A stretch of DNA of 64,000 nt from a virus (lineage: Duplodnaviria > Caudoviricetes). Position numbers and translations under genes: made by a program. The notes under the pieces are model-generated. The model searched no databases and had not been told where the DNA came from. It saw only the letters and a program-made list of their open reading frames with translations. Position 1 is the stretch's first letter; every line of letters starts with the position of its first letter. Below are positions 55,871 through 63,235 of this stretch, one piece after another. The stretch is taken from the IMG/VR virus record IMGVR_UViG_3300033121_001593, positions 79,319 through 143,318 of that record; one strand, 5' to 3'.

Positions 55871-55898
55871 AGGATACTTACCCCGTTCAATCCGTCAA
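55871..55898 (-). promoter_or_regulatory. Putative promoter pointing into the array
   Basis: TTGACG-16-TATCCT with the family TGAACG spacer; overlaps CAGGAT/CAAGAT half-sites. Confidence 0.4.
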
Positions 55899-56040
55899 GA
55901 TACTTTTGGGCCGGCGACGCATACCGCGCGCGATGCGGGCCTTTTTTTTCTCTCCCCGGAGCCGCCCCGCCGCGCGCGTTTCAAGTGGGTTAATCTTCCC
56001 CGGTTGCCGCTTCCGTCCCCCGGCCCGCCCTTTTCCGCCC

Positions 56041-56630
56041 CCGGCTGCGGGGTTAGATCGGGGCTGAAGGAAGACGCGATAAGCCCTACCCGCGGCGCGC
56101 CAGTGAAGCCTGACGAGCTACGAATAGGACTTATCACGACGGTCTGCGTGAGTTGAGTCGGTGCAGTTTTGTTCGTCGCGGGAATCGGCAGCGGGGCGTT
56201 TGTTTAGCCGCCACCGATCCGCAAGGTCTTGCGCGCGCCCAGGTCTGTCGTATTTACCGCGCGGCGGTTACGTCTCACGACGCCCCGCTCTCCTTGCATA
56301 AGCCCAGCGGATCGCTCCGCTACAGGACGGGCTATTGACTTGGGCCGAATACGCCACCGGCCCAAGCCGTCTGGGAGTCTGGCTCACGCCCTGGCCGATG
56401 TCCCCTGTGGGGGGTCGCATCGCCCGACGTGCCAGGCGGTCCTATTTCGCCCCTCCTGTCGCCGCGGTCACCGACCGCAAAACAACAGGCCCAGGCGATT
56501 GTCGATCTATATGGTCACCAGGATGCTACGGAGTAGGACGCTCCGCCGCTACGGAGTAGGACGTTCCGCCTGGATATGGCCCGGAGTTGCGCAGGCACTT
56601 CAACGCTGCGCCCGGACGCGACAAAGCCGA
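56041..56630 (+). other. Long structured non-coding block (ncRNA or ssDNA origin element)
   Basis: Nested inverted repeats with G.T wobbles on the + strand; 23-bp tandem repeat at 56525-56570. Confidence 0.45.
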
Positions 56631-56635
56631 GTCGG

Positions 56636-56872
56636 TTAGGACTCGGCTTTGTCGTCTTGCAAGGCATCGGCCGCCTTGCGGAGTTGCTTCGGTGTGATCC
56701 CTAGCGCCCGGCAGAATTCGACCAGCGTGATCGAGCCGCCCTCGATACCTACAAAGGTATCGAACCAGCCGCCGAAGTCGAGCCGGGATGCCGACGGCGT
56801 CCAGGTGACACTGAGGCCGGAGGACTCGTGACCACTTGCTTTCTCGTGGGGGAGGTAGATCGTTTTCGGCAT
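56636..56872 (-). CDS. Hypothetical protein (lone minus-strand gene in the right arm)
   Basis: MPKTIYLPHE..., behind TTGACA(57057-57062)-17-TATGAT. Confidence 0.55.
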   Translation of the reverse strand: MPKTIYLPHEKASGHESSGLSVTWTPSASRLDFGGWFDTFVGIEGGSITLVEFCRALGITPKQLRKAADALQDDKAES

Positions 56873-57080
56873 AGGGCAAAAAGAAATCGCTGCTTTCTCG
56901 TGGGCTTGAGCCGATTGCAATTAGTGCGCAGACAACACTAGCGGCAACAAGCTCACGAGAAAGAAGCGATTCGGTTGTGTGTCTGCGTAACCTGTAACGC
57001 TTTGGCTTGCAATGGCCCTCGCGCTACACGGACATCATACACTACCCGCTTCTCCCTGTCAAGGGGGTAAAATCGAATCT

Positions 57081-57152
57081 CAACCTTAAATTTTTTGAAT
57101 ATCGTCAAAAGCGCCCTTTTTCGCTTGACAAACTGAATGATCGGAGTATAAT
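57081..57152 (+). promoter_or_regulatory. Early promoter (type A)
   Basis: AACCTTAAA box, TTGACA-16-TATAAT. Confidence 0.8.
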
Positions 57153-57204
57153 AGAATCATAGGATTGAAACACGGCAGAGACCGAAGCAAAGGACCGCCC
57201 GACA

Positions 57205-57537
57205 ATGACCACCGCCACCCGCACCGAACTGACCAAGAAAATTCGCTGGACGACCGGTCACCAAATGACGATCAGGGACTTTGCAACGATCTGCGGTAAC
57301 AGCGATCACGCCGGCCTGAACGCTATCAGCGCCGGGATCAAGTTCGGGATCGAGACGGGCCGCCTGCCGAACTGGATGAGCCTGGGCAGCGACAAGTTTT
57401 TCACGATCAATCACAGCCGGGCGACCAACACCGAAGCCCGCGAGCGGATCATCACCGCCGCCCTGAGCCTGACCGACAACAGCACCGCCAGCGCCTGCAA
57501 AGCCCTGCAGGCCGCCTTCGGGATCACCACCCGCTAG
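57205..57537 (+). CDS. Hypothetical early protein
   Basis: First ORF behind a promoter. Confidence 0.6.
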   Translation: MTTATRTELTKKIRWTTGHQMTIRDFATICGNSDHAGLNAISAGIKFGIETGRLPNWMSLGSDKFFTINHSRATNTEARERIITAALSLTDNSTASACKALQAAFGITTR

Positions 57538-57558
57538 CCGTAGGAAAGGACACCGACC

Positions 57559-57930
57559 ATGTCAGCACTAACCGATCTTCTTCACCAATCAGCCTGGCGC
57601 GACGAATTGGCCGAGGCCGCCTGTGACACCCGCGACGGCGGCGGATTTTACAACGAGCTTGAGATGCTCCTGGCCGCGGTAGGCGACGTACAGGCTGCCG
57701 GCGGCGACGAGCGATATGCTCACACCGACCCCGAAGTGCAGCGCCTGATGGCCGTTTGTGACCCCCTGGACTTTGTGCACTTCGACCTGGCTCAGGCCGA
57801 GGACGCATACACGGCTTGCTGGGACCGCCTAACCGGGATGCTCAAGGCCGCCGTCCGCCGAAGCCTGGCCGAGCGCGGCCGCGTGAACGCCGAAGACACC
57901 CGCGGCTATCTGGCCACGAGGGTACAATGA
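57559..57930 (+). CDS. Hypothetical protein
   Basis: AAAGGA SD. Confidence 0.55.
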   Translation: MSALTDLLHQSAWRDELAEAACDTRDGGGFYNELEMLLAAVGDVQAAGGDERYAHTDPEVQRLMAVCDPLDFVHFDLAQAEDAYTACWDRLTGMLKAAVRRSLAERGRVNAEDTRGYLATRVQ

Positions 57931-58217
57931 CCCAGGCCACGCCCGACGAAATCATGCGCCGGCTGGAGCTAGCCTACGAGCAAGCCGAGGCCGCCCTGGA
58001 GTCGATCAGGGATGAAACGGCACAGGCCCTGGACGCCTATCGGGGCCTGTGCCGGCGAGCCGCAAGCGCCCCGGACCCGGACGCCGCCGACGCTGAGGCC
58101 GGCCAAGCCTACAGCGACTATCTGGAGCTACGCCGGCAAATCGCCGGCTACGAGCGGGCCGCCGAGGAAGCCCTGGCCCGCCTGGAATACGCCCGCCAAG
58201 AGGAGCGAGACGAATGA
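57927..58217 (+). CDS. Hypothetical coiled-coil protein
   Basis: Coupled ORF. Confidence 0.5.
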   Translation: MTQATPDEIMRRLELAYEQAEAALESIRDETAQALDAYRGLCRRAASAPDPDAADAEAGQAYSDYLELRRQIAGYERAAEEALARLEYARQEERDE

Positions 58218-58474
58218 CCGCTATCGACGTGACCATCTCCGAGCTTGAGGCCGCCTGGGTCAGCCTCTCGATTGCCACCGCCCAGGCTTGGCGAGCCTCC
58301 CGCACCGCCAAGCACAATATCAGGAACGCGCAGAGCGAGGCTGACGCCGCCGCCCTGACCGCCGAATACGAGCGCCTGCACCGGGCATACGAGCGGGCGT
58401 CAGCGGCGGAAGACGAAGCCTACCTAAAGGTCGAGGCCGCCCGCGTCGAGAAGGACGCCGCCGAAGGCTGGTGA
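58214..58474 (+). CDS. Hypothetical coiled-coil protein
   Basis: Coupled ORF. Confidence 0.5.
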   Translation: MTAIDVTISELEAAWVSLSIATAQAWRASRTAKHNIRNAQSEADAAALTAEYERLHRAYERASAAEDEAYLKVEAARVEKDAAEGW

Positions 58475-58485
58475 TCCCCGGCCCG

Positions 58486-58554
58486 AACGAGTTTTGGAAA
58501 ATGCGAATCTTTTAAGGTTAAATGCTTGACAAATTGAACGAATAGGAGTAAAAT
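58486..58554 (+). promoter_or_regulatory. Early promoter (type B)
   Basis: AACGAGTTTT...TTTAAGGTT-6-TTGACA-17-TAAAAT. Confidence 0.8.
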
Positions 58555-58602
58555 GATTATAGTTAGATAAGCGAAGCGAAACTCTCAAAAGGAACCCCGA
58601 AC

Positions 58603-58917
58603 ATGACCACCCTAACCGCAGCCACCACCAACGAAATCGACCAGGCAGCCCATGACGCGGCGAACGCTGCAAGCCGAGAGCGTTTCGCCCGCCATTGCAC
58701 CCTGGCCATCTTGGAAAACGGCGCAGGCGAAGTCATGGCAGCCCGCCGACGTTTCGCAGGGACCCCTAACGCAGTATGGGCCGCCGACGTAGAGCGAAAC
58801 GAAGCGAAATTCAAGAAGGCCCTGCGGGAAGCCAACGACCGCTTCGAGGGTATGACCGAGAGCAAGAAATACGCCAAGGCCGCCGCAGAGGCCGCCGAAC
58901 TGGGCATCGAATTCTAA
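58603..58917 (+). CDS. Hypothetical early protein
   Basis: First ORF behind a promoter. Confidence 0.6.
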   Translation: MTTLTAATTNEIDQAAHDAANAASRERFARHCTLAILENGAGEVMAARRRFAGTPNAVWAADVERNEAKFKKALREANDRFEGMTESKKYAKAAAEAAELGIEF

Positions 58918-58945
58918 GCAGCAGCAGCGAAAAGGACACCTAGCC

Positions 58946-59158
58946 ATGACCACCAAAACCGCCCCCGCCACCCTCTACAGCCGGATCAGCGCCGGCCGGC
59001 AAGTTACCATCGTCACCCCCCGCAACCAAACGCTCAAGGGCCGCGCGGTTATGCACGGGCCGGCCGGCTGGGTCCTGAACACGGGCGGGCGCTACGGCAA
59101 CGTCGCCATCGCCTCCGAGGCCAACGTGGTCGCAGTCAGCGGAGGCCGCCGGTCATGA
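58946..59158 (+). CDS. Hypothetical protein
   Basis: GRAVMHGPAGWVLNTGGRYG. Confidence 0.6.
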   Translation: MTTKTAPATLYSRISAGRQVTIVTPRNQTLKGRAVMHGPAGWVLNTGGRYGNVAIASEANVVAVSGGRRS

Positions 59159-59409
59159 AGACTCAAAAAGGGATGGCCCCTACCCCGGTCGACCGGGGAT
59201 ACATGCAGGACCCCGCTTACATGCAGCACGCCGCCGAATTCAAGACGGCCCTGGACGAGTACAAGGCCGCCAGCGCCGCCCTGGCTCAAGCCGACACGCC
59301 GGCTACATGGTCGGCCTTCAACGTGGCCCGGAGCGCCGTCGCCCTGGCCTCCGCCAAGCGTAACACCGCCCGGCTGGCCTGGCTGGCCGCACAGAAGGAG
59401 CAAGCCTAA
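59155..59409 (+). CDS. Hypothetical protein
   Basis: Coupled ORF. Confidence 0.5.
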   Translation: MKTQKGMAPTPVDRGYMQDPAYMQHAAEFKTALDEYKAASAALAQADTPATWSAFNVARSAVALASAKRNTARLAWLAAQKEQA

Positions 59410-59768
59410 TGTCACGCAGCGACCCCAAACTTTGGATGACCGGGACGGCCTATGACGGCCTGAAAGCCGCCTGCCGATACATCGCCCAAATCGAGAAGCG
59501 CGGCCAGGAGTTGGCCGCAGAGGCAGAGACGGCCCGCAGGCGATTGCGGGAATGGCGCAAGGAGTCCGAGCGCAGCGACGCCGAGGCCCTCAAGGCGAAG
59601 GCCGCGACGATAGAGCTAGCCTCGATCTTGGGCAAGGTCACGGAAGACTGGACCGTCGAGCAATGGAAACTCTACACCGGCCTGAACGTTCGTGAGATCG
59701 CCGAAGCCCAAGGCTGGATCGCACTGGCCAGGTGGGAGGCCGGCATCGAAACGGAGGATCAGTCATGA
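59409..59768 (+). CDS. Hypothetical protein
   Basis: AAGGAG SD. Confidence 0.55.
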   Translation: MSRSDPKLWMTGTAYDGLKAACRYIAQIEKRGQELAAEAETARRRLREWRKESERSDAEALKAKAATIELASILGKVTEDWTVEQWKLYTGLNVREIAEAQGWIALARWEAGIETEDQS

Positions 59769-59920
59769 CCCCCTGGCAAGCCCTCACGCCCGCACAGCGC
59801 GACGCTATCGTAATCAAGGCCATGGCCGCCAACGCGGTGCAGATCGTCAAGCTAGCCGAGCTACGCCGGTCCATGGCCGCCCGTAAGAAGACCAACGCCA
59901 AGAAGGGAAAACGCCGATGA
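59765..59920 (+). CDS. Small basic protein
   Basis: GGAGG SD. Confidence 0.45.
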   Translation: MTPWQALTPAQRDAIVIKAMAANAVQIVKLAELRRSMAARKKTNAKKGKRR

Positions 59921-60228
59921 GCACCACGATTGCTATTCTCAAGTTCGACCCCCTCACCCTGGAGATACCCAACGTCCCCATGATCGAGGACGAGGTTGTT
60001 ATCCAGTTACCCCCGGTCCATCTGACGATCCTCGATCTGAGTATGGGCGGGGCCATCGACGGGCACCCGCATATCGGAACCGACGCCCCGCTGATCAACG
60101 TGACGATCAAGCTGACCGCCCCCCTGGCCCTGGGCACGGTGGTGGACATGATCGTCGGGGGGCTTGACCTGTGGCGCGACGCCTGGCAGGCCGGGCAGGA
60201 CGCCGTGAAGGGCAAGGCCCTGCTATGA
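59917..60228 (+). CDS. Hypothetical protein
   Basis: Coupled ORF. Confidence 0.5.
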   Translation: MSTTIAILKFDPLTLEIPNVPMIEDEVVIQLPPVHLTILDLSMGGAIDGHPHIGTDAPLINVTIKLTAPLALGTVVDMIVGGLDLWRDAWQAGQDAVKGKALL

Positions 60229-60722
60229 CCGATTATCCGCGCGAGGTAAGCTACACCGTCACCCGCTGGGAATGCGGCTGGTCGAATCCAGGCGGCACGC
60301 CCTGCCGGCACCTGACCTTTGAGCGCGCCGCCGAATGCGCCGCCGATCATGCAACCCGCGAGAAGATGCTGGCCGAACGTGACCGCCTACTGGCGTCCGT
60401 CAACGCCGGCCTGGCCCGCGACGAGGCCCGACACATCGTCGCCGATCTGCTCGACGGGCAATCGGTCAGCGCCGTCGCCGAGGCTCACGGCAAGACGCCG
60501 GCCAGAGTGCGCAGCCTGTTCTATTACTGCATCCACCGCGCCATGGCCGATTATACCCGGACCCGCGCCGAGGCCGGCGCTGATCGGGCCGAGCTTCAGA
60601 GCCTGCGCCGTTTCCGCCTGGTATCGGCGATCCTTACCCATGCCCGCCAAAACCGCGCCCTCGTCGGCAAGGCCCTGACCGCCTGGTGGCCGACCGCCAA
60701 GCTACCGATGGAGCTATGGTAA
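60225..60722 (+). CDS. HTH DNA-binding protein (paralog of 19164-19682)
   Basis: LLDGQSVSAVAEAHGKTPARVRSLFY. Confidence 0.6.
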   Translation: MTDYPREVSYTVTRWECGWSNPGGTPCRHLTFERAAECAADHATREKMLAERDRLLASVNAGLARDEARHIVADLLDGQSVSAVAEAHGKTPARVRSLFYYCIHRAMADYTRTRAEAGADRAELQSLRRFRLVSAILTHARQNRALVGKALTAWWPTAKLPMELW

Positions 60723-60884
60723 CGGCCCTACGAGCGCCCTCACGCAGGGCGGCCATATAATCTAACGGCCCCTAACCGCAAAAGCCCGTAGACCCCCCGT
60801 TTTTTGACTTGAGCGGGCTGCTAGCCCCCGGTCCAGAAGCATACCCAAAGGCCCGACTCGGTAAGAGTCGGGCCTTTGCGCGCC

Positions 60885-60958
60885 CAACCTTAAAAGTTTG
60901 CGACTTTTTGGCAAAAGGCTATTTTTCGCTTGACAAACTAAACGATCTGATATACAAT
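60885..60958 (+). promoter_or_regulatory. Early promoter (type A)
   Basis: AACCTTAAA box, TTGACA-17-TACAAT. Confidence 0.8.
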
Positions 60959-61005
60959 GGCTATAGTGAAGTAACACAGACGCAGGCACAAAGGACCGCC
61001 CGACA

Positions 61006-61227
61006 ATGACCAGCACCAGCAGCTACCCAACCCCAAAGACCGGCGAATACGCCGGCAGCCTGAGCGGCACCGAGCGCGATGATACACAGCACGCACAGTG
61101 GTGCAGCGGCTGGGACCGCACGAAGGCATGGGCCGCGGGTAAGGGCGCTACACCGGTCGGGGATCACGAGCCGGCCGCAACCGTCAGAGGACGCAACGAT
61201 TTTCTGCGAGGACCCTATGTCGAATAG
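61006..61227 (+). CDS. Hypothetical early protein
   Basis: First ORF behind a promoter. Confidence 0.5.
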   Translation: MTSTSSYPTPKTGEYAGSLSGTERDDTQHAQWCSGWDRTKAWAAGKGATPVGDHEPAATVRGRNDFLRGPYVE

Positions 61228-61495
61228 TACCATTGCCAAGACGGCGACGCGGGCTAACAAGGCCCTGGCGAAGTTGGAGACCTACACGGCGAGCTTTGAC
61301 GGCTGGCTGGACAAGGCCAAAGCCGCCCTGGCGGAAGCCGGCCTCACGGTCGATATGAGCGGTATCTACTGCGGCGAGGACGGTCGGGCCGATTATGAGA
61401 CGACGCAGGCCGACGGCAAACCGGGCCGGGCGCTGCATTTTTCCTGGCACAAGATGCCAAGCGGCCGTTACGAAATGACGGCCTATCTAGCCTAG
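61217..61495 (+). CDS. Conserved-type phage protein
   Basis: GIYCGEDGRA...SWHKMPSGRYEMTAYL. Confidence 0.65.
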   Translation: MSNSTIAKTATRANKALAKLETYTASFDGWLDKAKAALAEAGLTVDMSGIYCGEDGRADYETTQADGKPGRALHFSWHKMPSGRYEMTAYLA

Positions 61496-61507
61496 AAGGA
61501 GCCTCCC

Positions 61508-61714
61508 ATGACTTACGATCTGGTTCTTGACTTCTCCACCGTTGCGACCCGCGTCGCCGGCAGCCCACAGGACGCCGAGGCCGAGTGCCTGCGCCTGGTA
61601 AGCACCGTCAGCGGCCGGCACGCCAAGGCCGTGAACTGCCAGACCGGCTTCGAAGTCGCCCGCGCCGACTTCGACAGCAAGACCGGCCAGGTTACAAGCA
61701 AGGTGGCGGCCTGA
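61508..61714 (+). CDS. Hypothetical protein
   Basis: AAGGAG SD. Confidence 0.5.
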   Translation: MTYDLVLDFSTVATRVAGSPQDAEAECLRLVSTVSGRHAKAVNCQTGFEVARADFDSKTGQVTSKVAA

Positions 61715-61890
61715 TGACCGCAAGCATACAAATGACCCAAGAGGCCATCGCTATTCGCAGTCACATGCTCAGGCGGTGGGGCTATGAGGTCGGGCGCGAA
61801 ACGCTCAAGGAGTGGGCCGCCGATCCCTTGAAAGTTCGGATCATCAACGCCATGGCGCAGATGACCGCCGACGCCGAGGCGCGTACCTGA
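61714..61890 (+). CDS. Hypothetical protein
   Basis: TGATG coupling. Confidence 0.45.
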   Translation: MTASIQMTQEAIAIRSHMLRRWGYEVGRETLKEWAADPLKVRIINAMAQMTADAEART

Positions 61891-62276
61891 TGCCTCAAGT
61901 GCTCGATCTGGCCAGCCTGTTCAACTTTGGCGAGGACGGGCCGGCCGGCCTCTACCCCTTCCACGCCCGCGCCCTGGCCGCCAAGTTTCACCCGGAGATG
62001 TTCGCCGAGCTTCTCTACCTGGGCAAGGCGACCATCGACTTCGTCTACAGCCGGCCCGGTTCGGTCAAGCGGCCCTCACGCCAGGTAAGAGCCGGATACG
62101 TCACCCTCTACTTCCCGGAGCGGTGGCTTTCGCTCCGAGAGACGCAAGGGCTGATGGCGGCCATGGTCGACGTCCATCTGGACTATCCCCTGAAGGAGGT
62201 CCATATCATCACGGGATCGCCCGTCATCCTGACCGACTTCGTGCATACGAGCGTCGGCATTCTGGAGGTATCGTGA
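61890..62276 (+). CDS. Hypothetical protein resembling an isolated ABC/AAA ATPase C-terminal fragment
   Basis: LYFPERWLS..ETQ...VHIITGSPVILTD resembles the D-loop/H-loop region; no Walker A. Confidence 0.5.
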   Translation: MPQVLDLASLFNFGEDGPAGLYPFHARALAAKFHPEMFAELLYLGKATIDFVYSRPGSVKRPSRQVRAGYVTLYFPERWLSLRETQGLMAAMVDVHLDYPLKEVHIITGSPVILTDFVHTSVGILEVS

Positions 62277-62701
62277 AAGCAGACCCGGCAAAAACGGACC
62301 TGGCATTCAGGCAAGCCGCCGAACGGCGCATGGTGACTATTCGCCTGGGCGTGCGCCTGGGCCTTGACCTGAGCCGCCCGCTGGCCGCTATCGAGGTCGC
62401 CGGCAATTGGATAGCCGCCGGTGACGGGATCGTCGTCGCGGCCGCAGACGAGGCTGACGCCCGCGCGATTGTCGCCGCCCTGGCGTCCCTGAGGACACGT
62501 CACCCGCTGATCGTACCGGAGCCGCAGCTTGTCACCGGTTACTTTGCCTCTGTGGCCAGCCCGAAACGGCGCGGCATGGTGCACGCCTGCATCGCCGGCC
62601 GGCCGATCTGTGGCGCTGGCGTCAAGTCCGAATTTCAGTGGACCGGCAGCGCGGTCGAATGTAACCGCTGCCGCCGGATCATGGAGGCCGCCGGTGGATA
62701 G
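62273..62701 (+). CDS. Hypothetical protein
   Basis: VH...ICG...CNRC. Confidence 0.5.
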   Translation: MKADPAKTDLAFRQAAERRMVTIRLGVRLGLDLSRPLAAIEVAGNWIAAGDGIVVAAADEADARAIVAALASLRTRHPLIVPEPQLVTGYFASVASPKRRGMVHACIAGRPICGAGVKSEFQWTGSAVECNRCRRIMEAAGG

Positions 62702-63158
62702 AGCACGCGCCGAAGCCTACGCCGCCGCCCTGGCCCTCACGGCAGACGGCCCTTTCAGCGTCGCCCTCCTCGTAGGCGACGTCGGCCAGCCCGCCGTAAG
62801 CAGCGTCACCTGCTCGAACGATCCGCCCTGCGCCCCGCTGGTCTATGTCGCCAATCGAAAGCGGGACGGCGGGGCCTGGCTGGTGAGCTTCGCCTTCCGA
62901 GACCTTGAGCTTGAATTCGACCGCGACCCATGGGCCAAACGTTACGAGATCGAGGCCCTCGACCGCCGCCGCGGCACGCACGGCATCTATCGCTTTATGG
63001 GCATCGAGCGCGTCTGGCTCACGCCGGAGCGCCAAATCTGCGCCCGGCTGCAGGCCCTGCGCGGTGTCTATCGCACGTTTGAGATCACCCCTCACGCCCC
63101 CGCCCCGCTAACCCGCTGGGCCGTTGTCGCCGCCGCTATCGCCAAATTGACCCCTTGA
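62694..63158 (+). CDS. Hypothetical protein
   Basis: GTG start with GGAGG SD. Confidence 0.45.
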   Translation: MDRARAEAYAAALALTADGPFSVALLVGDVGQPAVSSVTCSNDPPCAPLVYVANRKRDGGAWLVSFAFRDLELEFDRDPWAKRYEIEALDRRRGTHGIYRFMGIERVWLTPERQICARLQALRGVYRTFEITPHAPAPLTRWAVVAAAIAKLTP

Positions 63159-63182
63159 CATTCTGAACGTCTGTGGTAGGAT
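63155..63182 (+). promoter_or_regulatory. Promoter (family core, no upstream box)
   Basis: TTGACA-TTCTGAACG...-TAGGAT, 16-bp spacer. Confidence 0.6.
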
Positions 63183-63235
63183 GGTAGTAACGATAACAAG
63201 CGCCGGCACGCCGGCCAACGAAAGGACCACCCCAA

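Noticed and set aside
56110-56135. Hammerhead ribozyme (CTGACGA core)
   Set aside because: No GAAA follows the putative stem II, so the core is incomplete.
55103-56156. ORFs across the repeat array
   Set aside because: Low-complexity translations in several frames with no SD; they are by-products of GC-rich repeats.
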